Origin: Minutocellus sp. GHC0000111
Taxonomy: Eukaryota
Direction: 5' to 3'
Length of the DNA: 64,000 bases
Assembly: GCA_977018835.1 (NCBI GenBank)
Contig: OZ361261.1
Span: 558,001 to 622,000, forward strand
Shown: positions 11,980 to 22,767 of the stretch, in pieces
How positions within the stretch are numbered: position 1 is the stretch's first letter
How the letters are laid out: each line of letters starts with the position of its first letter
Notes under the pieces: generated by a model
The model's input: only the letters and a program-made list of their open reading frames with translations
Told to the model about the DNA's origin: nothing
The model's database searches: none
Translations under genes and position numbers: made by a program

Positions 11980-13292
11980 ATGACAATGAGATTCTCTCGC
12001 CGACAAGGAAGCATCAAAGTGTTCATTTCGATTTGGCTTCTGATATCTTTTGACATCAATTCGCATGTCCGGGCAAAAGATTCTCCGATATCAGCAGACA
12101 AGAACTCACCATCGGCCACATGTTCGCCGGCTAATAACGATAATGGATCGGTGACGTGCAGCAGCGACAGTGACTCCGAAGGTGGTTTTCATCATGTCGA
12201 TGGTGGTGACCCCGAAGACGATGCTCATGTCGATGATGGCGACATCCAGCATGACGATGAGAGTCCAAAGTCCCTCCGAGATTTCATGAAGGTATTCAAT
12301 AGGCTCGGCACGTCATGGAGCCATGTCTTTGGAAGTTACATGGACGTGGTCAAAACTGCACACGGTAAGGATCTGGGTGGCGACGTGTATGCTGATGACA
12401 TTGAAAGTGGTGTCGCCATGCTCCAAAACATGGTAAAACAGGTCATGCAAGATGCTGGTGGGAACGAGATGAAATAAGGTCAAAAATGGACGTTCGAGGC
12501 TGTACCTCTCCAGGAATTTGGCGCCACGATCGATGATGTGTTTGTTGCATTTCTCCGATGGTCTGGCGTCGATAGTTCTGACGAGGATGAGCACGAAGCA
12601 TGCAAACGAGGATGAGCACGAAGCATGCAAACTCCAGGGCGGCGTTAACAAACGAGAAATATTCCCCATCAATGTCTCGAAAGCCTTTCGACGACTTACG
12701 GCATATGCAACTAGGATGGATGAGCAAAAAGATGTTCTGATAGACCCACCACTCACTCTCGAATCTGTCCGGCAAGCCAAGGACCTATTGTACTCTCGGG
12801 TCACCCACGACGACTGTGGACGAGTGGTATGGTGGCTTGACCTTGGACAGACCAACTTTAAGGAGATGAAGCACTTGGCTCATGAAGAAATACTACGCTT
12901 CTTTGTTTGGCTCAGTCATCTCATCATGACCGACGAGAGTGCCCAACGCAATGGCATCATGTTCCTGGATTCGATGGATTCTGTATCGTTTTATCAATAT
13001 ATGACGATGCTTCCCTATCAAATTTATGATTGGCGTGACCCCACTCAAGACGAAGCTGGTTGTTTTTATGAAGAGGCCGACGTGGTTCAATGTCGGTTTT
13101 GGATTATTGTCTGTCTTTTTGCCCGCAAGAATGAAGAAAAGGGTGTCTCAGCCGGATAACGAGCAAGCTTCAATTGAAGACATTGTGGGGAGCAACATTC
13201 CTGTTGGCTTTGATAATTACAACGGAACCCTGGATGTCGACTTGATTGCCAAACATGAGGAGCTGAGGCCGGGCCAAAAAATAGCTAGCTAA
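11980..13292 (+). pseudogene. CRAL-TRIO (Sec14-like) lipid-binding protein with N-terminal signal or anchor; three lesions
   Basis: CRAL-TRIO-like segments FVAFLRW, NVSKAFRRL, DESAQRNGIMFL and MKKRV are spread over three frames. Lesions: in-frame TAA at 12475, perfect 25-bp tandem duplication at 12581-12630, and a further frame change near 13020. Confidence 0.75.
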
Positions 13293-13566
13293 GTAGAGTG
13301 AGAAGAGGAGCCGCTCCAAATTATCTGCTCGACAAAGTATATATATGTTTCCCATTTGACGAGGGTCTTGGGCACGTGCAATACATATCATTTGGTATCA
13401 GGCCTACAGTCCGTCGGACTGTAGATAATATTTACATGGTCACATTTCATGCATTCTCTAAATAAAAACAAACTTGTTAAGAAGCATACTTGGCAAAAAA
13501 ATCCCGTATCGCTTGGTTCCTTTGTGACGTCTTGCCTGTACCGGAAAAGGACGGCTGTTCATCCAA

Positions 13567-15894
13567 TTATAGTTGAACAGTATTCATATTTCCCGTTCCC
13601 TCGGGCACAAACTGGCTTCTGTCCTTGTCGGTGCCGTGCTTAGAACTTGGTGGAGAACCAACACTGGCCGCTTGGGGATTGGCCCGTCCAGACCTCTTGG
13701 ATGGAGATGTGGATTTCGTATTAGTGGTACGTTCTCTTCGCCGTCTCTCCGCGCGTTCAGCACGTTCCTGCTCCATCTTTACCCTCTCAGCATATTGGCG
13801 TGTCTTGAGTGTCATCAGATGTTCCAATTTGCCAACAAAGTCAACAATACCTTCCTCGGTGATAATGGGCTCATCTTCCTCGGTCTGGTTGTGAGTGCTG
13901 TTCCTGTTGCCAGTCTCACGAACCCCCGACATTCCCACCTCAACGGACATGGCAGTAAGGGCTTGTCGTTCGCGAAGCTCGGTGCTCAGCTCCCAACCGT
14001 TTGATGACTCTTCTGTGTCGGAGAATATCACGCATGGAGTTCCATCATTGCGCGCGAAGTCCTTGTAGGGAACCGGCGGGATGAAGCTTTCGACCCCTGT
14101 CGGTGATGTGATGCTTTGTCTACCTGCGTTGGGAGATGGGCCGCCGGTTACGCTCTCAAAGAAGGACGAGACATTCTCAACAATGTTGAGAGCCGGTGGT
14201 AGGGATGACATCAACCCAACCCCCTGCTGATTTGCGTACATCTGACTATCATTCGTAGAACCCAGCTGATGACCATTGCGAGATCGTGGCAATTCGGAAA
14301 ATCGCGAAGGAGGAAGGGGGGGTGGCTCTTCTTCCACAACTGTCATCATTGGCGATATAAGGGTTAAGTTTCTCTTGGGCTTTTTCTTGGATTGATTGCG
14401 CTGTTGTGCGGCGTAGTGCGCCCGAACCTGCTCTGTCTCGGGTGGCGTGAACGATGCGCCGTACATGACCTGTCCATTGTCAGGGTTGACATATCGGCGG
14501 GACGAAACGGGAGGGGTACCGACTCCGACGGGGTAAACCCCATCCTCTTCTCCAACGGAATCACTGCCCCACTCGTCATAAAATTCTAGGAATCCATTCT
14601 TATTGCGACGAAGGGCAGCAGGGCTGTAGGGGTCTTCGTTGCCTTCGTCGCTTCGAGGAATCCTCGACGGGCCGCTGTGTCCATGTCCGTGGTGATACTC
14701 CCTCTTCATGTACATGAAGATGAATCCTACCAAGCCTGCGAGGAAGAATGCCATGACAGCAATGGTAGATATTTCTTTGTTGGAAAGTCCCTCGTCGGTG
14801 GCAGGAGTAGGGAGAGAGGTACTACCGAGGCCAGCTCCCGATGCAGGCTGAGCTCCGCCGGACTGCAGTGATGGCTCCGTCTTCGGCGGAGCGCCATAAT
14901 AAAAGTCCGATCCAGAGCTACCAGCACCACCAGAAGAAACAACCTTGTCCGCCAGAGCCAGGTCCAGATCCATGAGCAGACTGGCCGCCGTCACGCTGGC
15001 CACGAGATGGTCCGTGGCCGTCCACAATTCTTGCAAGTAGGCATTGGTCTGCTTGAGAGCCTTTCCAATCATGAGACGAAGGGTGGCCTCATCGATGTCG
15101 ATGACAACATCGTCCTCGGAGTTAGTCCCCTCACCCATGGCAACATTAAAGTCGTTGGGGTCGTACCGATAATCCTCAAAGGATGCCGTGCCGGTGAATT
15201 CCGCCACGATGTATTTGGGGGGAAGGTTGGCATACTGATCATTGTTAGCCGGCTTGGCTCCGGGGATGAAGCTCGAGGTCCGGCGTTCTTTAAGAAAGTC
15301 CACTCCACTGTTCATACTAACACTTCGGAGCAGTCTCCTCTCTCTTCGCTGACGACCGTCAATATTTGGTCCTACTAGAATGTTTCCCTTCTCATCCACC
15401 TCGTACAGATCAGCCCGCACCTCGAGGCTGTGCAATCTTTGAGCCAGAGGACGTCGGTGTTGCCGCGACAGACCCTCCATGTACCGGAAAACAAAGTCGA
15501 ACAGGTATCGGCTGGTGATGGCATCCAAACTCTCATCGATGTCCATCAGGGCCGTCTGACCACGGTGTTTCTGAAAACCAGGGTCGGGAAAGGTCAGTGA
15601 TGCCTCGAATGGGGGGACGCGGTACAGCAAATATTTCTTATCCGAGTTGGTGGCCGGCGTGTTTGCATTGCTATTGGCGGCGGGTCCGGGCCGGGAAATT
15701 TGGCCCGCACCATTGATTCCGACGCCACCATAATTGATATTAGCACTGGAATACACCGTCTGAGCGGCAGCCAACGACGAACTGATCAAGAGCCAACACT
15801 GGACGACCAGACCCGTCACACCCGCCATAGTTCTTTTCTGCCTTTTCGCCGGACTGCATCTGCTGCCACCGCGTCGACCGCAACAGACGCTCAT
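13567..15894 (-). CDS. Single-pass type I membrane protein of unknown function (probable start 15828)
   Basis: 775-aa uninterrupted ORF. Signal peptide MAGVTGLVVQCWLLISSSLAAA, an RRL motif, TM helix ISTIAVMAFFLAGLVGFIFMYM, and a long low-complexity cytosolic tail ending in a coiled coil. Confidence 0.8.
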   Translation of the reverse strand: MSVCCGRRGGSRCSPAKRQKRTMAGVTGLVVQCWLLISSSLAAAQTVYSSANINYGGVGINGAGQISRPGPAANSNANTPATNSDKKYLLYRVPPFEASLTFPDPGFQKHRGQTALMDIDESLDAITSRYLFDFVFRYMEGLSRQHRRPLAQRLHSLEVRADLYEVDEKGNILVGPNIDGRQRRERRLLRSVSMNSGVDFLKERRTSSFIPGAKPANNDQYANLPPKYIVAEFTGTASFEDYRYDPNDFNVAMGEGTNSEDDVVIDIDEATLRLMIGKALKQTNAYLQELWTATDHLVASVTAASLLMDLDLALADKVVSSGGAGSSGSDFYYGAPPKTEPSLQSGGAQPASGAGLGSTSLPTPATDEGLSNKEISTIAVMAFFLAGLVGFIFMYMKREYHHGHGHSGPSRIPRSDEGNEDPYSPAALRRNKNGFLEFYDEWGSDSVGEEDGVYPVGVGTPPVSSRRYVNPDNGQVMYGASFTPPETEQVRAHYAAQQRNQSKKKPKRNLTLISPMMTVVEEEPPPLPPSRFSELPRSRNGHQLGSTNDSQMYANQQGVGLMSSLPPALNIVENVSSFFESVTGGPSPNAGRQSITSPTGVESFIPPVPYKDFARNDGTPCVIFSDTEESSNGWELSTELRERQALTAMSVEVGMSGVRETGNRNSTHNQTEEDEPIITEEGIVDFVGKLEHLMTLKTRQYAERVKMEQERAERAERRRRERTTNTKSTSPSKRSGRANPQAASVGSPPSSKHGTDKDRSQFVPEGTGNMNTVQL

Positions 15895-16506
15895 TCTTTT
15901 CCGAGCACGAGATGTGTTGCAAAAATATACAGCGGCAACAGTCTCAAGCCCTGGCTAGATGTTGATACTGCTAAGTGGCGGAAAGAACTCCACCGTTTTC
16001 GATTTAGAAGTCAAACTGTGGCCGAGAGGCGTCGATTCGTTTGGCGGGGAACATCGAGCTATTTTGATGTGAAAGTGCCGAGTGCCGATGCCGATCGGTC
16101 ATCGTTCAAATTGTCAGACAGGCAGACAGGACAACTTATGTAAGTTGACTGTTATAGAAGTCGCAAAGTCGAGCGGCATGGCCCGAGGCGCTGGCCGGCC
16201 AGCTCTCAACACGAACCAAGAAAGAACCCGGATTTAACCTGCGGGCTCGAGTTGCTGCTGCAGCTGTGTTTGATCTCCAGTCGAAATGAAATTCAATTCC
16301 TATCAATCCAATAAGTTCTTATTAATCCAATAAATAGTCCTAGTAGCTACTAGAGACATTTAGGTCTAATAAATACACTTGCATCCTACTCTTCTTTCAA
16401 TCAATGCCATCGATTGTTGTTTCCCGTGCTTGTCCTTCTTCTTCATTCAATGGACGAAAATAGATCTAATCAAATCATCATCGTCGTCATCATCAGCCCA
16501 TCATCC

Positions 16507-19310
16507 TCAACCAGCTGTGAGCATTTGTGGTTGCTGCATCTGTCGCAGATTGGCGGCGGCTTGATCTTCAATAGCATTCCATCGATCGGCAATGGCCTCC
16601 ACCTTGCGCTTGGCCTCCTCTTCCTCCTTAAAGTAGGCCGTGGTGCACTTGTCGTAAAGGACGAGGTCATACTCCATGTACATCTTGAGAACATTCTGAG
16701 CCAAGCCCTCGACGGTTGCGTTCCAGTGGCCGGAGCTATTCTTGTAAAGCGGGCCATAAATAATGGGGAGGACCGTCTGAGCATTCAGGCGGGACAGACA
16801 ACCACTGTTGACAAGATGCTCGTTATTCCAAAGGAAAAGAGCGCGTTCTACCACCTGGAAGTGATCCGAATCGAGACAACGGGCAAGGTTGGTGAACAGA
16901 GTCTTGCTGATCTGTGCCAATTGGTCGGCACCAAGCAGCTCCAAAATTTCCTCAAGCTCATTCAGGAAGAGGACCTGCTTCCCGCTGCAGCTCCAGGGCC
17001 AGTACTTGAAGAAGCCCTTGAGGATAGGCGTCGCGGTGTCGGCATCCTTCTCGACATACTGGATGATGCAGTATGAAAGCTGCTGGTGGTACAAGCCGAC
17101 GCACTTGGGCTTATGAAGGGGGATGAGCGCCCGAACAAGGAACTGCAAGTGCTCCTTCTTTAGGGGGATCGCAAAGCCGTTGATGATGGAGCCCAAAATT
17201 TCAAGCAGCTCGCCGATACCATTGTGACGCTCGGTCTCATAGACGAAGCGATAGAACACATTCGAGATGGCCCGACGGATGAAGGAGCGGTGCGACATGA
17301 ACTTTCCATAAATGCGATGAAGAATAGTCTTGAGATAGTCTCGCTCCCGCGGATCCTCACTGTCGAACAGTTCCACCAGCTGGAGGCAGAAGCGCTGGTC
17401 GACATACTTCTTGGCCGCCTTGGCATTGACCTCGGAACTCACGATGAAGCGCAAGAAGAATTCGTAGGCCACCTGCAAATGAGGCCAAGCGGGCTCTAGC
17501 ACCGGCTCATCCTCCTCGGGATCAAAATCATCCGTGGCAGGAGGGAGGGCGCGGCAAACATTGGCCGATACCATAGCCATCAGGTCGGGCATTACGCTCT
17601 CGGTGAAGATCTTCTGACCGGCGGGGGTGTTGACGTAATCAACGAGTTCCAGCAACGTTTGGCGCTTCATGTCCTTGCCCCTCTTGTCGGAGCTAGGATC
17701 GTCGAACGAGAAAATCACGCCGCAAAGCTGCAACTTCTTGATGAAGAGCTCTTCGCGCTTGGCGGGAGGCTGGTCGCGCAGTGCCGGGAGGTCCTTGAGG
17801 GCCGACATGGGCGATCCCACCAAGGGTAGTGGATTGGCCCCACCCTGGAGCGACGCATTCATCGGTTGGTGCTGTTGGTGATGGACTTCCCTGTGGTGCG
17901 TAGCAGCGGCAGCAACGATGCTGGCCTGTCCCGCCGGGATCGACAGGGACTGCATCCGCCCACCGTGAGCGTTAGGCCTCATGGTTTGTTGTTCCGGAGC
18001 TGCGGCAGGAGGAGCTGCTGGTGGTGCCGCTGCGGCTGTTGCCTGGGATTCCTGTTTATTGACAAAGTAAAGGGGGGAATGAGTGAGGCAAGAAAATGCG
18101 TTAGATATGCCGTGACTTCGAAGATGTGAGAGTAGGAGAACCTCCCGACCCGAACCAGAACCAAAAAAGTCCGCATTGCAAAAGCCCGACGGAAAATTTG
18201 TGGAGGAAGCAAAATGACCGACACACCGAAGAAGGACTTGGCGAAGGGGGTGGGATCGCCTTGGCATCTTGTGATTGTATAGGGGACAACGGAAGGGAAG
18301 GCGAATCTTGCCCGTCGGTACAGTCACCTATCGCTCCCTCCCAAGGTGTCGGGGCCAGCGGTTGATATCCATTCCATTTGTGCCGAAGGCTGCAATCCCC
18401 AGCAGCGGAGTCACCCCCGGTCGCCGATGATCGGTTGAGGCAGTAATGGACAACTCCATGGATAAAAATATGCTGCATGGCCGATGCAACGTCCTCAGCT
18501 GTGGTGGCAGGTGGCAGGGCGGTCGACTTGGCGACGATGGCATCATCGGCGTGTTCCTCCGATGAGTTACCGTCCGACACATCGTGGCATCGGCCACAAC
18601 CCGATGATTCGAACGGACGGTAGCACGCCGAGAGCCGCGCCCAAAGACCGTCGCTGCTGCCACCACTGCTACCACAATCTGGCTGCCGGTTCTCGTCGCG
18701 AGGGATAATTGCCGTGGTGCTGCCAACGATGCGGCAAGATGCCGTCATCTCCGACGTGGAGTCATGACCGTCAACTCCCTCGTCGCACCGCGCCTCGTTA
18801 TGTGGCAATGGCCCAGACCAAGACGTCACCGACCCTGATCCATCTTTGCCGTTGACCTTGTTGTTACGACCGATTTCGGTCTCCTCAAAACCAGCCCCGA
18901 CACCGAACAGGTGATGTCTCCGACGGTACCGGCCGGTACCGTGCGCCTTCGTCAAGCAACATCTCGGCGTTCATGTCACCCGGCACGAAAGATACTCCGG
19001 TAAAAGATGATGACAAAAATCAATTGTCCCGCCCTCTTCTTCGGAGCCAGATGCCGATCCAAATACCATTCTACTCATCAATTCCAACATCGTCTCACCC
19101 CAAGAGCGTACCCAAGACCAGTATGGCCAAACCAGAAGCGCAACTCGAACGCTCAATAAACGCCATAAATCAACACAAACAGTACGCGAGTGCCGGAACA
19201 TGAATTGAATTGCGGAACCGCAAGATGAGATGCGTTGCGCCGGGGGGTCGTCGCGCGGGCGCTGTACGTACCTTTCCCTTCTTATTGCTGCCCTTCTTCC
19301 CCCTCCTCAT
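16507..19310 (-). CDS. PPP2R5: Protein phosphatase 2A regulatory subunit B' (B56), exons 19310-19272 and 18051-16507
   Basis: B56 motifs FDPEEDEPVLEPAWPHLQVAYEFFLRF, LFDSEDPRERDYLKTILHRIYGKF, HNGIGELLEILGSIINGFA and HFQVVERAL. The first exon (MRRGKKGSNKKGK|GTACGT) is inferred to splice in phase 0 to AAACAG|GAA. Confidence 0.95.
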
Positions 19311-19563
19311 CGATCGGGGTGGTGCGGTCGCCGGCGCGGAGGGTGCTTGGCTGGGCGGGTGTGGATGTTCGCGGGGCTCCGGTTGGCACCTGGTCTTCTC
19401 CGCTTGCAGTTGCGTTTTGTGCCAGATGAAGAGTTTCAGGATGCCAGGGATCCCTAGATCAAACTCGGGGTTGGGGTTGTCGCCTGCTTGATTACTTGAT
19501 TCTTGATTGGCCTTGCTGATGCGATGAGGATCAGTCAAAGATACGGATGCTCGATGCGATGCC

Positions 19564-20349
19564 ATGGGTCGCGGTACAGGTAACAACGCTCTGCGCATCT
19601 TGTTATTTCATACCTTTATGTTCACAAGAGCAGTGCCATCTTACTGCTTCATCACACGGAGCGATAACATTGGCATCATCAGAAAGATTTCGTCACCCAG
19701 AAGAACACCTCTTTCGATGCAGAAGGTGTTTTGTTATGGCGATTCCCTAACGGCTGGGACGTCGCCACCTTTGCCAGAGCTCCATCCCTATGGCCCTCAT
19801 TTAGAAAGTGAACTCAAACGACTGGTGCCCAATTTGTCCCCGGTGGTGAGGTGGTCGGGCTACCCGGGCTGGACAGCTACTGCCATGGCAGATCAATCTA
19901 CATTGGATGGTCCGTCCGGCTTGAGAACATTTCTTCGAAACATTGATGCCAAGACGGGAAGTCCAGCATCTCTTTGTATAATATTGGCCGGCACTAATGA
20001 TCTTGCATATGAGGTAGACGCTCAGCCAATCGTAGATGCCATCCTTACCCTTCACAGAGCTTGTCATGGAGAAGGTGTCCCAACAGTGGCTGTAGGAATT
20101 CCCCCCAGTGCATGGCAACGACAGAGTTCTGATGCGGCTAACATGGCAGCTACAGTCAATACTAAGCTTGAGGAATGGTGCAGTTCGTCGTCGGAAACGC
20201 AAGGGATGGCAACGTATGTTGGGTGTCCCATCAACGCATCGAGCATCGGCAACGAGCTCCGGTGTTCAGATGGCTTGCATTTTTCTCCAGATTGTTTCAG
20301 GGCACTGGGTGAAGGCCTGGCACCTTCTATTGCAAAGCTTCTCGAGTAG
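19564..20349 (+). CDS. SGNH/GDSL-family hydrolase
   Basis: Block I CYGDSLTAG, block III ILAGTNDL, block V DGLHFS. The N-terminal extension may be a targeting peptide. Confidence 0.9.
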   Translation: MGRGTGNNALRILLFHTFMFTRAVPSYCFITRSDNIGIIRKISSPRRTPLSMQKVFCYGDSLTAGTSPPLPELHPYGPHLESELKRLVPNLSPVVRWSGYPGWTATAMADQSTLDGPSGLRTFLRNIDAKTGSPASLCIILAGTNDLAYEVDAQPIVDAILTLHRACHGEGVPTVAVGIPPSAWQRQSSDAANMAATVNTKLEEWCSSSSETQGMATYVGCPINASSIGNELRCSDGLHFSPDCFRALGEGLAPSIAKLLE

Positions 20350-20492
20350 ACATGGGATTTGACCCATAATAGGAGCAAATGATGCACTGAGCCTTCAAAT
20401 AATATACTTACAATAGTACTACGTAGTATGAGGAAGGGTACAGTATGAGATGAAGCTCATCTTATGCAGATCGCCAAAACATTTAGAGTCTA

Positions 20493-21094
20493 CTATGCAT
20501 GCATTTCTTCGCTCAATATTTCGATATTCACGCCATTTTTTTCGCCCACATCGGAAATATCATCACCATCAGTGGTATTGTCTTCCTCTTGACTTGGCAC
20601 TGCCTCTCCATCGCTTGTGCCCTCATTAGTGCTGCTAGTATCAGTAGTTGACTCTTCTGTGACATTACCAACGTCGTCAGCTTTGGCGGCATCGTAATTG
20701 AGCTTGCCAGTGGCAATAGCACTACCAGTACTACTAGTAGCTGGAGGAGCTGGTTGTTGGTGCGACCGCCGCCGCCGCCGCCCCAAAACAACGGCGGGAA
20801 TACCATCCGTTTCACGGCGGAAGAGCCAGCCGATGCCAAATTTTTGTGCACCGATTCATCTCTGCTCATTTGCTCCACCACTACACTCAGCGAATCTCTC
20901 GTGGCTTCAATGACGGGATCGTACCGCAATACTTCCCCGAAGAAATCTGCCACTACCGACTTGACATTCTGCTGCTTGAATAGATCGACGATCAAGTTCT
21001 CAAATTGCTTCCTCGTACCCGCCCCCGCCCCAGCGCTGGCTGCCGCAGCAAGCCAGAAAGAAACCCGGATGCAATGCCGGATGAAGCTTTCCAT
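20493..21094 (-). CDS. Hypothetical protein, probably with a 1-nt frameshift near 20785
   Basis: A helical N-terminal part (KQFENLIVDLFKQQNVKSVVADFFGEVL) lies in one frame. An acidic S/T-rich tail ending EILSEEMHA* lies in another. The switch falls at a TTTTGGGG run. Confidence 0.5.
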
Positions 21095-21105
21095 CCCGCA
21101 GCGCC

Positions 21106-22725
21106 ATGGCGCAGACGGCAACCTCAACACTTCGGTCGAATTGGGCGTGGTTTATCACGGCGATGCCGTTTACAGGACAGCGTGTGGTGCTCGGCACACT
21201 GGTGGCGTGGACAATCGCCATCGTTCTCGTCGTTGTGCTGGACGATGCGCCGTCTCGACACGCCAAGCTTCCCGAGTACCTCCGACCTTTCCGGCCACTC
21301 GGCATCCGCGTTATCAATTCGATTGGAACACTTCTCTCCACTGTCGGGCTTTTGGACAGAGCAGTGTCGCTCGACCCGGACTATTTAATGGCAGCAGCCT
21401 GCTCCAAGCTTGGACGGACATATCCCAAATCGCACTGTGTATTGCGCGATGCCGAGGACGAGGAGTGGCACGAGAGCTTCCACCGGCTGACCAATGCGCT
21501 CCAACATGAAGCCAATTTGACCATGTTGGGGAGGGTGGTGGCTCAGGGTCAGATTATGGGCATATTGGAAACAAGAGGACGTCTCCTGGAAGAGTTTGCC
21601 AAAGAAGAGAAGGAAATCAGCAATGAGAGCTTATCGACGGCAGACTTTGTTGATCCGATCTTCATTGTTGGCCTGCCTCGTACTGGCACCACGCTCTTGT
21701 CGAGATTGCTTGCACTTGATCCAGCCAACAGGGCACCTATGCTGTGGGAATACATGAGTCCAGTTCCCAAACCACCTTGTCCTCCTCCGCTGAATGCTTC
21801 CGCGTCAGATCTTGAGGCATATCACCAAGAGACCAAAGTGAGAGTAGCCGAGGAACAGTGGAAGCTTGATCAGTACAAGTCGTTGGCTCCTGGACTTGAT
21901 GCGATGCATCCTCTCGAGGCAACGACACCTGAAGAATGCATAATCATTATGAATTATGTAATGGACTCGGAGCAAGTGGCGGTGACGTACCCCATCCATG
22001 AGTACATGCAATGGCTACTGAAATTGGATAGCCATGTGAAGGCCCTGAAATGGAATCGTCGTGTTTTGCGGCATTTGCAGCGGGATGATCCCCATGGGCC
22101 ACGTCAGTGGGTGGTAAAGACACCGTATTATCTCGCAATGATGGACGACATTAGGAAAGTTTTTCCGAACGCAAAGATTATTCACACCCATCGAGACCCA
22201 GCCCAAAGCATTCTGTCGGTTTCGTCTGTAGTTGCGAAATTGCACGGAATAGTGACGAACGACATTGACCTAAATCGAATCGGTTCGCGGCAAGCCGAAA
22301 TACATGAAGTCATGGTTGAAAAGGCGCTGAAAGTGAGAAAGCAGTGGGCAGAAGAGGCGGAGCAAGACGGAGAGGCAGAATCAAATTGCGGATTCCGTGT
22401 ACTAGACATGCACCTTGAAGACCTGCAAAAAGATCCAATCGGAACTGTCAACAACATTTACAAAGGATTGTTTGGTGCGGAACTTTCTCCAGAGGCTGCT
22501 GGTTTGATGAAAAATTGGTTGAAAGAGAATCCTCGGACGAAGCACGGCACTCATCGCCCGACCATGCAAGAGTTTGGTTTGGAAGGACGAATGAATAGCG
22601 ACATCTATGAGGCGTATCGACGTGCATTCGGTGCCAAGGGGGCGGCACCGATAGATAACCTCAAAGAAACCGGGCAAGAACAACGTGATACATCAGGCCA
22701 AAAGACTGCAGGTGATGAACTATAA
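21106..22725 (+). CDS. PAPS-dependent sulfotransferase (bacterial Stf/Sulfotransfer_3 type) with N-terminal TM anchor and C-terminal GDEL
   Basis: 5'-PSB loop PIFIVGLPRTGTTLLSRLLALDP, WVVKTP, and 3'-PB HTHRDP..SILS. TM segment VVLGTLVAWTIAIVLVVVL. Intronless. Confidence 0.92.
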   Translation: MAQTATSTLRSNWAWFITAMPFTGQRVVLGTLVAWTIAIVLVVVLDDAPSRHAKLPEYLRPFRPLGIRVINSIGTLLSTVGLLDRAVSLDPDYLMAAACSKLGRTYPKSHCVLRDAEDEEWHESFHRLTNALQHEANLTMLGRVVAQGQIMGILETRGRLLEEFAKEEKEISNESLSTADFVDPIFIVGLPRTGTTLLSRLLALDPANRAPMLWEYMSPVPKPPCPPPLNASASDLEAYHQETKVRVAEEQWKLDQYKSLAPGLDAMHPLEATTPEECIIIMNYVMDSEQVAVTYPIHEYMQWLLKLDSHVKALKWNRRVLRHLQRDDPHGPRQWVVKTPYYLAMMDDIRKVFPNAKIIHTHRDPAQSILSVSSVVAKLHGIVTNDIDLNRIGSRQAEIHEVMVEKALKVRKQWAEEAEQDGEAESNCGFRVLDMHLEDLQKDPIGTVNNIYKGLFGAELSPEAAGLMKNWLKENPRTKHGTHRPTMQEFGLEGRMNSDIYEAYRRAFGAKGAAPIDNLKETGQEQRDTSGQKTAGDEL

Positions 22726-22767
22726 AATTTCTAAACTATAGCTATGCCACTGCTTGTAACGTTTTCA

